Assembly (NCBI RefSeq): GCF_009914755.1
Contig: NC_060948.1
Reading direction: 5' to 3' (one strand)
DNA from: the human T2T-CHM13v2.0 reference genome, Homo sapiens
DNA: 64,000 nt
In this document: one piece after another, positions 50,801-64,000 of the stretch
Numbering within the stretch: position 1 is the first letter of the stretch
Layout: every line of letters begins with the position of its first letter
Made by a program: the position numbers and the translations under genes
The notes under the pieces: generated by a model
What the model saw: only the letters and a program-made list of their open reading frames with translations
The model's database searches: none
Told to the model about the DNA's origin: nothing

Positions 50801-53800
50801 ATGGAATCGAACCACAAGGAATGGACAGGAATAGAATGGTCTCGAATTGAATGGAATCGTATGGAATGGCATCAAACGGAATGGAATGGACAGCCACGGA
50901 ATGGAATGCACTCGAATGCAATGGAGTCGAAACTAATGGACTGGAATAGAATGGACTCGACTGGTACGGACTCCAATGGAATGGAATCGAATGGAAGGGA
51001 ATCGAACGGAAGGGAATCGAACGGAATGGACTCGAAGGGAAAAGACTGCAATAGAAAGGTCTCGAATGGAATGGAAATTAATGGAATGGAATGGAATCGA
51101 ATGAAATGGAGTCAAAAGGAATGGAATCGAATGGCAAGAAATGGAATGTAATGGAATCGCCAGGAATTGATGTGAACGGAGCGGAATGGAATGGAATCCA
51201 AAGGAATGGAATAGAATGGAATGGAATCGAATGGAAAGGACTCGAATGGAAATCACTCGAATAGAATGCAATTTAATAAAATAGGATCAAATGTAATGGA
51301 ATGGAATGGAAAGGAATCGAAACGAAAGGAATGGAGACAGATGGAATGGAATGGAACAGAGAGCAATGGTATAGAATGGAATGGAATCATCTGGAATGGA
51401 ATTGAATGGAATGGAATGGAATGCCCTTGAATTAAATGGACTGGAATGGAATGGACTCAAACAGAGTGGAATGGAAAGTGTTGAGATAGAGTGGAATGAA
51501 CTCCTTTGGAATGGTCTAGTAGGCAATGCAATCGACTGGCAGGGAATCAAAAGGAATGTAATCGAATGGATTGGACTGGAATGCAATGGACTCGAATAGA
51601 TTGGAAACGGAATGCAAAGGAATGGAATGGAATAGTATGGAATGGAATGGAAAGGAATGTAGTGGAATAGACTAGAGTGGAATGGAATGGACTGGAAAGC
51701 AATGGACTAGAATGGAACTTTCTTGAATGGACTGGAATCAAACGGAATGGAATGCAATGCAATCAAATGGCATGGAATAAAATAGAATGAAAGAGAATCA
51801 AATGGAATTGAATCGAATGGAATCGAATGGATTGGAAAGGAATAGAACGGAATGGAATGGAATTGACTCAAATGGAATGGACTAGAATGGAATGGATTCG
51901 AATGGAAGACAAAGGAATGGAATCTATTGGAATGGACTGTAATGGAATGGAATGGAAGGGATTGGAATGGACTCGAATGGAATGGACTGCAATAGAAAGG
52001 ATTCGAATGGAATGAAAAAGAATTGAATGGAATAGAACAGAATGGAATCAAATCGAATGAAATGGAATGGAATAGAAAGGAATGGAATGAAATGGAATGA
52101 AAAGGATTCCAATGGAATGCAATCGAATGGAATGGAATCGAACGGAATGGAATAAAATGGAAGAAAACTGGCAATAAATGGAATCGAAATGAATGGAGTG
52201 TTATGGAACGGACTCAAAAGGAATTGAATGTAATAGAATGGAGTGGAGTGGACTCGAATATAATGGACTGGAATGGAATGAAATCACATGGAATGTGAAC
52301 GAATGGAATGGAATGGAAAGGAATGGAATCGAATGGAAAGGAATCGAATGGAGGGAATGAAATTGAATCAACAGGAATGGAAGGGAATAGAATAGACGGT
52401 AATGGAATGGACTCGAATAGAATGGACACGAATGCTCAAATTGAATGGACTCGAATGGAATGGAAACGAAAGGAATGTCATCGAATGGAATTGAATCGAT
52501 TGGAATGAAATCGCATAGAATGGAGTGGAATCAAATGGAATTGAATCGAAAGGAAAGGAAGCGAATGGACTGAAATGAAATGGAATGGAATTGAATGGAA
52601 AGTAACGCAATGGAATAGAATGGAACGAAATTTCACGGAATGGAATCAAACTGAATGGAATCAAATCAATGGAATCAAATCAAATGGAATGGAAAGGAAT
52701 TGAATGGAGTAGATGGGATTGGATGGGATTGGAATGAAATGTACTGGAAAGGACTCGAATTTCATGAAACGGAATGGAATGAATTGGAAAGGAATGGACT
52801 CGAATGGAATGGAATGTCATGGGATGGCATCAAATGGAATGGCATCAAATGGAATGGAATCGAATGCAATGGAATGCTATGGAATGGAATGGAATGCATT
52901 GGAATGGAATGTCCTCTAATGGAATGGATTCGAGTGGAATGGAATTGAATATAATGGAGTCGAATGAAATGGAATTGAAAGGAATGGGATCGAATACAAT
53001 GGAATATACTGGAATGTAACGTAATGAACTCGAATGTAATTGACTGGAATGGAATGTACATGAATGGAATGTAATCGAATGGAAAGTAATCCAATGGAAT
53101 AGAATCTAATGCAATAAAATCGACTCAGATAGAGTAGAATGTAATGGAATGGAGTGCAGTGCAATGGAATGGAATGGAATGGAATGCAATGGAATGGAAT
53201 GGAATGGAATGGAATGGAATGGAATGGAATGGGATGGAATGGTATGGAATGGATAGTAATGGACTGGAGTGAAATGGACTGGAAAGGAATGGACTCAAAT
53301 TGAAAGGGCTCGAAAGGAATGGAGTCAAATGGAATGGTCTGGAATGGAATGAACACGAATGTAATGCAACCCAATAGAATGGAATCGAATGGCATGGAAT
53401 ATAAAGAAATGGAATCGAAGAGAATGGAAACAAATGGAATGGAATTGAATGGAATGGAATTGAATGGAATGGGAACGAATGGAGTGAAATTGTATGCAGT
53501 AGAAGAGAATAGAATGGAATGCAAGCGAAAGGAAAGGAATGGATTGGAATGGAATGGAATTCATTGGAATGGAAGGGAATGTAGTGTAATGGACAGGCCT
53601 GGAATAAAGTGGAATGCTACGGTCTCGAATGGAATAAAAATGTATGGAATGGAATGCAATGAAACGGAATCGAATGTCATAGAATGTAATGGAATGCAAA
53701 AAAATGGAATCCAAAATCATTGACTGGAAAGGCTGGGTGTCGAAAGGAATTGACTCCAATGGAATGGAATCGAATGGAATGGAAGTGAATAGAATCGAAC

Positions 53801-54348
53801 TAAATCGAATGGAATGGAATTGATAGGAACGGAATGGAAAGGAATGCAATGATTTGGCATGGAATGGAATCGAATGGCATCGAATGGAATGGAATGGAAT
53901 GCAATGGAATGGAATGTATTAGAATGGAATGAACTTTAATGGAATGTACTCGAATGGATTCGACTGGAATGGAATGTTCTGGAAGTGAATGGACTCCAAT
54001 GGAATGGATTCAAAAGGAATGGAATCGTACGGAATGGAATCTAATGGAATGGAATTAAATGGAAATGAATCAAATTGAATAGCACGGAATTGAATTGAAT
54101 GGAATGGAATGCAATGGAATCTAATGAAACGGAAAGGAAAGGAATGGAATGGAATGGAATGGGCTGGAATGGAAAGGAATCGAAACGAATGGAATGGAAT
54201 CGAACTGAAGAGACTGGAATGGAATGCACTGGAATGGAAGGGAGTGTAATGGAAGGTTCTCGAAAAAAATGGAATCGAATGGAATGGAATTGAATGGAAC
54301 GGAATAGAGTCGAATGGAATTGAATGGAATGGAATGGACTAGAGTGAA
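50801..54348. repeat. DYZ1 monomer U16, partner type, 3548 bp
   Basis: Copy of U7 at +30215; shares ATAGAGTGGA, AATGTAGTGG and ATTCCAATGG with U7. Confidence 0.9.
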
Positions 54349-57014
54349 ATGGAATCGAACCACAAGGAATGGACAGGAATAGAATGGTCTCGAATTGAAT
54401 GGAATCGTATGGAATGGCATCAAACGGAATGGAATGGACAGCCACGGAATGGAATGCACTCGAATGCAATGGAGTCGAAACTAACGGACTGGAATAGAAT
54501 GGACTCGATTGGTACGGACTCCAATGGAATGGAATCGAATGGAAGGGAATCGAACGGAAGGGAATCGAACGGAATGGACTCGAAGGGAAAAGACTGCAAT
54601 GGAAAGGTCTCGAATGGAATGGAAATTAATGGAATGGAATGGAATCGAATGAAATGGAGTCAAAAGGAATGGAATCGAATGGCAAGAAATCGAATGTAAT
54701 GGAATCGCAAGGAATTGATGTGAACGGAACGGAATGGAATGGAATCCAAAGGAATGGAATAGAATGGAATGGAATCGAATGGAAAGGACTCGAATGGAAA
54801 TCACTCGAATAGAATGCAATTTAATAAAATAGGATCAAATGTAATAGAATGGAATGGAAAGGAATCGAAACGGAAGGAATGGAGACAGATGGAATGGAAT
54901 GGAACAGAGAGCAATGGTATAGAATGGAATGGAATCATCTGGAATGGAATTGAATGGAATGGAATAATATGAAATGGAATGGAATGGAATGGAATGGAAT
55001 GCCCTTGAATTAAATGGACTGGACTCGAACAGAGTGGAATGGAAAGTGTTGAGATAGAATGGAATGGACTCCTTTGGAATGGTCTAGTATGCAATGCAAT
55101 CGACTGGCAGGGAATCAAAAGGAATGTAATCGAATGGATTGGACTGGAATGCAATGGACTCGAATAGATTGGAAACGGAATGCAAAGGAATGGAATGGAA
55201 TAGTATGGAATGCAATGGAAGGGAATGGAGTGGAATAGACTAGAGTGGAATGGAATGGACTGGAAAGCAATGGACTGGAATGGAACTTTCTTGGATGGAT
55301 GGGAATCAAACGGAATGGAATGCAATGCAATCAAATGGCATGGAATAAAATAGAATGAAAGAGAATCAAATGGAATTGAATCGAATGGAATCGAATGGAT
55401 TGGAAAGGAATAGAATGGAATGGAATGGAATTGACTCAAATGGAATGGACTAGAATGGAATGGATTCGAATGGAATGGAATGTCATGGAATGGCATCAAA
55501 TGGAATGGCATCAAATGGAATGGAATCGAATGCAATGGAATGCTATGGAATGGAATGGAATGCATTGGAATGGAATGTCCTCTAATGGAATGGATTCGAG
55601 TGGAATGGAATTGAATATAATGGAGTCGAATGAAATGGAATTGAAAGGAATGGGATCGAATACAATGGAATATACTGGAATGTAACGTAATGAACTCGAA
55701 TGTAATTGACTGGAATGGAATGTACATGAATGGAATGTAATCGAATGGAAAGTAATCCAATGGAATAGAATCTAATGCAATAAAATCGACTCAGATAGAG
55801 TAGAATGTAATGGAATGGAGTGCAGTGCAATGGAATGGAATGGAATGGAATGCAATGGAATGGAATGGAATGGAATGGAATGGAATGGAATGGAATGGGA
55901 TGGAATGGTATGGAATGGATAGTAATGGACTGGAGTGAAATGGACTGGAAAGGAATGGACTCAAATTGAAAGGGCTCGAAAGGAATGGAGTCAAATGGAA
56001 TGGTCTGGAATGGAATGAACACGAATGTAATGCAATCCAATAGAATGGAATCGAATGGCATGGAATATAAAGAAATGGAATCGAAGAGAATGGAAACAAA
56101 TGGAATGGAATTGAATGGAATGGAATTGAATGGAATGTGAACGAATGGAGTGAAATTGTATGCAGTAGAAGAGAATAGAATGGAATGCAAGCGAAAGGAA
56201 AGGAATGGATTGGAATGGAATGGAATTCATTGGAATGGAAGGGAATGTAGTGTAATGGACAGGCCTGGAATAAAGTGGAATGCTACGGTCTCGAATGGAA
56301 TAAAAATGTATGGAATGGAATGCAATGAAACGGAATCGAATGTCATAGAATGTAATGGAATGCAAAAAAATGGAATCCAAAATCATTGACTGGAAAGGCT
56401 GGGTGTCGAAAGGAATTGACTCCAATGGAATGGAATCGAATGGAATGGAAGTGAATAGAATCGAACTAAATCGAATGGAATGGAATTGATAGGAACGGAA
56501 TGGAAAGGAATGCAATGATTTGGCATGGAATGGAATCGAATGGCATCGAATGGAATGGAATGGAATGCAATGGAATGGAATGTATTAGAATGTAATGAAC
56601 TTTAATGGAATGTACTCGAATGGATTCGACTGGAATGGAATGTTCTGGAAGTGAATGGACTCCAATGGAATGGATTCAAAAGGAATGGAATCGTACGGAA
56701 TGGAATCTAATGGAATGGAATTAAATGGAAATGAATCAAATTGAATAGCACGGAATTGAATTGAATGGAATGGAATGCAATGGAATCTAATGAAACGGAA
56801 AGGAAAGGAATGGAATGGAATGGAATGGACTGGAATGGAAAGGAATCGAAACGAATGGAATGGAATCAAACTGAAGAGACTGGAATGGAATGCACTGGAA
56901 TGGAAGGGAGTGTAATGGAAGGTTGTCGAAAAAAATGGAATCGAATGGAATGGAATTGAATGGAACGGAATAGAGTCGAATGGAATTGAATGGAATGGAA
57001 TGGACTAGAGTGAA
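54349..57014. repeat. DYZ1 monomer U17, short form, 2666 bp
   Basis: Deletion junction at 55466-55475; copy of U8 with one fewer GGAAT in the pure tract. Confidence 0.92.
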
Positions 57015-60000
57015 ATGGAATCGAACCACAAGGAATGGACAGGAATAGATTGGTCTCGAATTGAATGGAATCGTATGGAATGGCATCAAACGGAATGGAA
57101 TGGACAGCCACGGAATGGAATGCACTCGAATGCAATGGAGTCGAAACTAATGGACTGGAATAGAATGGACTCGACTGGTACGGACTCCAATGGAATGGAA
57201 TCGAATGGAAGGGAATCGAACGGAAGGGAATCGAACGGAATGGACTCGAAGGGAAAAGACTGCAATAGAAAGGTCTCGAATGGAATGGAAATTAATGGAA
57301 TGGAATGGAATCGAATGAAATGGAGTCAAAAGGAATGGAATCGAATGGCAAGAAATGGAATGTAATGGAATCGCCAGGAATTGATGTGAACGGAGCGGAA
57401 TGGAATGGAATCCAAAGGAATGGAATAGAATGGAATGGAATCGAATGGAAAGGACTCGAATGGAAATCACTCGAATAGAATGCAATTTAATAAAATAGGA
57501 TCAAATGTAATGGAATGGAATGGAAAGGAATCGAAACGAAAGGAATGGAGACAGATGGAATGGAATGGAACAGAGAGCAATGGTATAGAATGGAATGGAA
57601 TCATCTGGAATGGAATTGAATGGAATGGAATGGAATGCCCTTGAATTAAATGGACTGGAATGGAATGGACTCAAACAGAGTGGAATGGAAAGTGTTGAGA
57701 TAGAATGGAATGAACTCCTTTGGAATGGTCTAGTAGGCAATGCAATCGACTGGCAGGGAATCAAAAGGAATGTAATCGAATGGATTGGACTGGAATGCAA
57801 TGGACTCGAATAGATTGGAAACGGAATGCAAAGGAATGGAATGGAATAGTATGGAATGGAATGGAAAGGAATGGAGTGGAATAGACTAGAGTGGAATGGA
57901 ATGGACTGGAAAGCAATGGACTGGAATGGAACTTTCTTGAATGGACTGGAATCAAACGGAATGGAATGCAATGCAATCAAATGGCATGGAATAAAATAGA
58001 ATGAAAGAGAATCAAATGGAATTGAATCGAATGGAATCGAATGGATTGGAAAGGAATAGAACGGAATGGAATGGAATTGACTCAAATGGAATGGACTAGA
58101 ATGGAATGGATTCGAATGGAAGACAAAGGAATGGAATCTATTGGAATGGACTGTAATGGAATGGAATGGAAGGGATTGGAATGGACTCGAATGGAATGGA
58201 CTGCAATAGAAAGGATTCGAATGGAATGAAAAAGAATTGAATGGAATAGAACAGAATGGAATCAAATCGAATGAAATGGAATGGAATAGAAAGGAATGGA
58301 ATGAAATGGAATGAAAAGGATTCGAATGGAATGCAATCGAATGGAATGGAATCGAACGGAATGGAATAAAATGGAAGAAAACTGGCAATAAATGGAATCG
58401 AAATGAATGGAGTGTTATGGAACGGACTCAAAAGGAATTGAATGTAATAGAATGGAGTGGAGTGGACTCGAATATAATGGACTGGAATGGAATGAAATCA
58501 CATGGAATGGGAACGAATGGAATGGAATGGAAAGGAATGGAATCGAATGGAAAGGAATCGAATGGAGGGAATGAAATTGAATCAACAGGAATGGAAGGGA
58601 ATAGAATAGACGGTAATGGAATGGACTCGAATAGAATGGACACGAATGCTCAAATTGAATGGACTCGAATGGAATGGAAACGAAAGGAATGTCATCGAAT
58701 GGAATTGAATCGATTGGAATGAAATCGCATAGAATGGAGTGGAATCAAATGGAATTGAATCGAAAGGAAAGGAAGCGAATGGACTGAAATGAAATGGAAT
58801 GGAATTGAATGGAAAGTAATGCAATGGAATAGAATGGAACGAAATTTCACGGAATGGAATCAAACTGAATGGAATCAAATCAATGGAATCAAATCAAATG
58901 GAATGGAAAGGAATTGAATGGAGTAGATTGGATTGGATGGGATTGGAATGAAATGTACTGGAAAGGACTCGAATTTCATGAAACGGAATGGAATGAATTG
59001 GAACGGAATGGACTCGAATGGAATGGAATGTCATGGGATGGCATCAAATGGAATGGCATCAAATGGAATGGAATCGAATGCAATGGAATGCTATGGAATG
59101 GAATGGAATGCATTGGAATGGAATGTCCTCTAATGGAATGGATTCGAGTGGAATGGAATTGAATATAATGGAGTCGAATGAAATGGAATTGAAAAGAATG
59201 GGATCGAATACAATGGAATATACTGGAATGTAACGTAATGAACTCGAATGTAATTGACTGGAATGGAATGTACATGAATGGAATGTAATCGAATGGAAAG
59301 TAATCCAATGGAATAGAATCTAATGCAATAAAATCGACTCAGATAGAGTAGAATGTAATGGAATGGAGTGTTGTGCAATGGAATGGAATGGAATGGAATG
59401 CAATGGAATGGAATGGAATGGAATGGGATGGAATGGTATGGAATGGATAGTAATGGACTGGAGTGAAATGGACTGGAAAGGAATGGACTCAAATTGAAAG
59501 GGCACGAAAGGAATGGAGTCAAATGGAATGGTCTGGAATGGAATGAACACGAATGTAATGCAACCCAATAGAATGGAATCGAATGGCATGGAATATAAAG
59601 AAATGGAATCGAAGAGAATGGAAACAAATGGAATGGAATTGAATGGAATGTGAACGAATGGAGTGAAATTGTATGCAGTAGAAGAGAATAGAATGGAATG
59701 CAAGCGAAAGGAAAGGAATGGATTGGAATGGAATGGAATTCATTGGAATGGAAGGGAATGTAGTGTAATGGACAGGCCTGGAATAAAGTGGAATGCTACG
59801 GTCTCGAATGGAATAAAAATGTATGGAATGGAATGCAATGAAACGGAATCGAATGTCATAGAATGTAATGGAATGCAACAAAATGGAATCCAAAATCATT
59901 GACTGGAAAGGCTGGGTGTCGAAAGGAATTGACTCCAATGGAATGGAATCGAATGGAATGGAAGTGAATAGAATCGAACTAAATCGAATGGAATGGAATT

Positions 60001-60527
60001 GATAGGAACGGAATGGAAAAGAATGCAATGATTTGGCATGGAATGGAATCGAATGGCATCGAATGGAATGGAATGGAATGCAATGGAATGGAATGTATTA
60101 GAATGGAATGAACTTTAATGGAATGTACTCGAATGGATTCGACTGGAATGGAATGTTCTGGAAGTGAATGGACTCCAATGGAATGGATTCAAAAGGAATG
60201 GAATCGTACGGAATGGAATCTAATGGAATGGAATTAAATGGAAATGAATCAAATTGAATAGCACGGAATTGAATTGAATGGAATGGAATGCAATGGAATC
60301 TAATGAAACGGAAAGGAAAGGAATGGAATGGAATGGAATGGGCTGGAATGGAAAGGAATCGAAACGAATGGAATGGAATCGAACTGAAGAGACTGGAATG
60401 GAATGCACTGGAATGGAAGGGAGTGTAATGGAAGGTTCTCGAAAAAAATGGAATCGAATGGAATGGAATTGAATGGAACGGAATAGAGTCGAATGGAATT
60501 GAATGGAATGGAATGGACTAGAGTGAA
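57015..60527. repeat. DYZ1 monomer U18, partner type, 3513 bp
   Basis: Copy of U9 at +30210 (GTGTTGTGCA, GAAAAGAATG, pure tract of 4). Confidence 0.9.
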
Positions 60528-63500
60528 ATGGAATCGAACCACAAGGAATGGAGAGGAATAGAATGGTCTCGAATTGAATGGAATCGTATGGAATGGCATC
60601 AAACGGAATGGAATGGACAGCCACGGAATGGAATGCACTCGAATGCAATGGAGTCGAAACTAATGGACTGGAATAGAATGGACTCGACTGGTACGGACTC
60701 CAATGGAATGGAATCGAATGGAAGGGAATCGAACGGAATGGACTCGAAGGGAAAAGACTGCAATGGAAAGGTCTCGAATGGAATGGAAATTAATGGGATG
60801 GAATGGAATCGAATGAAATGGAGTCAAAAGGAATGGAATCGAATGGCAAGAAATCGAATGTAATGGAATCGCAAGGAATTGATGTGAACGGAACGGAATG
60901 GAATGGAAACCAAAGGAATGGAATAGAATGGAATGGAATCGAATGGAAAGGACTCGAATGGAAATCACTCGAATAGAATGCAATTTAATAAAATAGGATC
61001 AAATGTAATAGAATGGAATGGAAAGGAATCGAAACGGAAGGAATGGAGACAGATGGAATGGAATGGAACAGAGAGCAATGGTATAGAATGGAATGGAATC
61101 ATCTGGAATGGAATTGAATGGAATGGAATAATATGAAATGGAATGGAATGGAATGGAATGGAATGCCCTTGAATTAAATGGACTGGAATGGAATGGACTC
61201 GAACAGAGTGGAATGGAAAGTGTTGACATAGAATGGAATGGACTCCTTTGGAATGGTGTACTATGCAATGCAATCGACTGGCAGGGAATCAAAAGGAATG
61301 TAATCGAATGGATTGGACTGGAATGCAATGGACTCGAATAGATTGCAAACGGAATGCAAAGGAATGGAATGGAATAGTATGGAATGGAATGGAAAGGAAT
61401 GGAGTGGAATAGACTAGAGTGGAATGGAATGGACTGGAAAGCAATGGACTGGAATGGAACTTTCTTGAATGGACTGGAATCAAACGGAATGGAATGCAAT
61501 GCAATCAAAAGGCATGGAATAAAATAGAATGAAAGAGAATCAAATGGAATTGAATCGAATGGAATCGAATGGATTGGAAAGGAATAGAATGGAATGGAAT
61601 GGAATGGACTAGAATGGAATGGATTCGAATGGAAGGCAAAGGAATGGAATCTATTGGAATGGACTGTAATGGAATGGAATGGAAGGGATTGGAATGGACT
61701 CGAATGGAATTGACTGCAATAGAAAGGATTCGAATGGAATGAAAAAGAATTGAATGGAATAGAACAGAATGGAATCAAATCGAATGAAATGGAATGGAAT
61801 AGAAAGGAATGGAATGAAATGGAATGGAAAGGATTCGAATGGAATGCAATCGAATGGAATGGAATCGAACGGAATGGAATAAAATGGAAGAAAACTGGCA
61901 AGAAAGGGAATCGATATGAATGGAGTGTTATGGAACGGACTCAAAAGGAATTGAATGTAATAGAATGGAGTGGAGTGGACTCGAATATAATGGACTGGAA
62001 TGGAATGAAATCACATGGAATGGGAACGAATGGAAAGGAATGGAAAGGAATGGAATCGAATGGAAAGGAATCGAATGGAAGGGAATGAAATTGAATCAAC
62101 AGGAATGGAAGGGAATAGAATAGACGGTAATGGAATGGACTCGAATAGAATGGACACGAATGCTGAAATTGAATGGACTCGAATGGAATGGAAACGAAAG
62201 GAATGTCATCGAATGGAATTGAATCGATTGGAATGAAATCGCATAGAATGGAGTGGAATCAAATGGAATTGAATCGAAAGGAAACGAAGCGAATGGACTG
62301 AAATGAAATGGAATGGAATTGAATGGAAAGTAATGCAATGGAATAGAATGGAACGAAATTTCACGGAATGGAATCAAACTGAATGGAATCAAATCAATGG
62401 AATCCAATCAAATGGAATGGAGTAGATTGGATTGAATGGGATTGGAATGAAATGTACTGGAAAGGACTCGAATTTCATGAAACGGAATGGAATGAATTGG
62501 AACGGAATGGACTCGAATGGAATGGAATGTCATAGAATGGCATCAAATGGAATGGCATCAAATGGAATGGAATCGAATGCAATGGAATGCTATGGAATGG
62601 AATGGAATGCATTGGAATGGAATGTCCTCTAATGGAATGGATTCGAGTGGAATGGAATCGAATATAATGGAGTCGAATGAAATGGAATTGAAAGGAATGG
62701 GATCGAATACAATGGAATATACTGGAATGTAATGTAATGAACTGGAATGTAATTGACTGGAATGGAATGTACATGAATGGAATGTAATCGAATGGAAAGT
62801 AATCCAATGGAATAGAATCTAATGCAATAAAATCGACTCAGATAGAGTAGAATGTAATGGAATGGAGTGCAGTGCAATGGAATGGAATGGAATGGAATGC
62901 AATGGAATGGAATGGAATGGAATGGAATGGAATGGAATGGAATGGAATGGGATGGAATGGTATGGAATGGATAGTAATGGACTGGAGTGAAATGGACTGG
63001 AAAGGAATGGACTCAAATTGAAAGGGCTCGAAAGGAATGGAGTCAAATGGAATGGTCTGGAATGGAATGAACACGAATGTAATGCAATCCAATAGAATGG
63101 AATCGAATGGCATGGAATATAAAGAAATGGAATCGAAGAGAATGGAAACAAATGGAATGGAATTGAATGGAATGGAATTGAATGGAATGGGAACGAATGG
63201 AGTGAAATTGTATGCAGTAGAAGGGAATAGAATGGAATGCAAGCGAAAGGAAAGGAATGGATTGGAATGGAATGGAATTCATTGGAATGGAAGGGAATGT
63301 AGTGTAATGGACAGGCCTGGAATAAAGTGGAATGCTACGGTCTCGAATGGAATAAAAATGTATGGAATGGAATGCAATGAAACGGAATCGAATGTCATAG
63401 AATGTAATGGAATGCAAAAAAATGGAATCCAAAATCATTGACTGGAAAGGCTGGGTGTCGAAAGGAATTGACTGCAATGGAATGGAATCAAATGGAATGG

Positions 63501-64000
63501 AAGTGAATAGAATCGAACTAAATCGAATGGAATGGAATTGATAGGAACGGAATGGAAAGGAATGCAATGATTTGGCATGGAATGGAATCGAATGGCATCG
63601 AATGGAATGGAATGGAATGCAATGGAATGGAATGTATTAGAATGTAATGAACATTAGTGGAATGTACTCGAAAGGATTCGACTGGAATGGAATGTTCTGG
63701 AAGTGAATGGACTCCAATAGAATGGATTCGAAAGGAATGGAATCGAACGGAATGGATTCTAATGGAATGGAATTAAATGGAAATGAATCAAATTGAATAG
63801 CACGGAATTGAATTGAATGGAATCGAATGCAATGGAATCTAATGAAACGGAAAGGAAAGAATGGAATGGAATAGAATGGGCTGGAATGGAAAGGAATCGA
63901 AACGAATGGAATGGAAGCGAACTGAAGAGACTGGAATGGAATGCACTGGAATGGAAGGGAGTGTAATGGAAGGTTCTCGAAAAAAATGGAATCGAATGGA
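60528..64000. repeat. DYZ1 monomer U19, truncated by window end
   Basis: Copy of U10 at +30210 (GAGAGGAATA, TGTTGACATA, ACATTAGTGG). Confidence 0.9.

Larger units (their letters stand above)
1..64000. repeat. DYZ1: Human Satellite 3 array, DYZ1 type (Yq12 heterochromatin), ~3.55 kb tandem unit of diverged GGAAT pentamers
   Basis: The sequence is GGAAT and its variants throughout, in one orientation. The anchor ATGGAATCGAACCACAAG recurs at 95, 3639, 7208, 10752, 14330, 17910, 20586, 24134, 26805, 30318, 33856, 37420, 41004, 44578, 48125, 50801, 54349, 57015 and 60528. One GAATTC and one AGGCCT (contains HaeIII GGCC) were seen per unit, consistent with the classic ~3.4-3.6 kb HaeIII/EcoRI Y repeat. 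The segment GGAATTCATTGGAATGGAAGGGAATGTAGTGTAATGGACAGGCCTGGAATAAAGTGGA is recognised from memory as DYZ1; no database search was run. Confidence 0.96.

Noticed and set aside
95-63567. Hundreds of ORFs of 60-319 aa on both strands
   Set aside because: They are MEWNG/FHSIP-type translations of the pentamer, which has no stop codon in any frame. They recur with the repeat period, break at indels without frame conservation, and show no recognisable domains.
1-64000. CRISPR-like or prokaryotic repeat system
   Set aside because: There are no unique spacers, no constant 25-45 bp repeats and no cas or other genes; this is eukaryotic satellite DNA.
1-64000. HSat2, chr9-type HSat3, DYZ2/HSat1B, or Alu/L1 insertions
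   Set aside because: The ~3.55 kb period with the DYZ1 landmark segment argues against other HSat2/3 families. No AT-rich or Alu-derived DYZ2 unit, poly-A tail or target-site duplication is visible.

Overview
The whole 64 kb is a single head-to-tail array of diverged (GGAAT)n Human Satellite 3 with a ~3.55 kb repeat unit. It matches the Y-chromosome DYZ1 repeat (Yq12 heterochromatin), with one EcoRI site and one HaeIII/StuI site per unit. There are 18 complete monomers and one nearly complete one (U1-U19, delimited by the recurring ATGGAATCGAACCACAAG anchor). I see no genes, RNA genes, transposons or CRISPR arrays; all listed ORFs are translations of the pentamer (MEWNG/FHSIP). The informative content is architectural. 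Four monomers carry the same 903-bp microhomology-bounded deletion. Each short monomer pairs with a diagnostic partner to form a ~6.2 kb dimer. A ~17 kb block containing two such dimers recurs ~30.2 kb downstream. Each monomer has one hypervariable pure (GGAAT)4-10 tract, and several monomers are mosaics of different haplotypes. Each monomer also carries up to three perfect heat-shock elements (GAAnnTTCnnGAA): one invariant and two polymorphic, giving 1 per short monomer and 3 per partner. I found no new coding system. All alignment and counting was done by eye.
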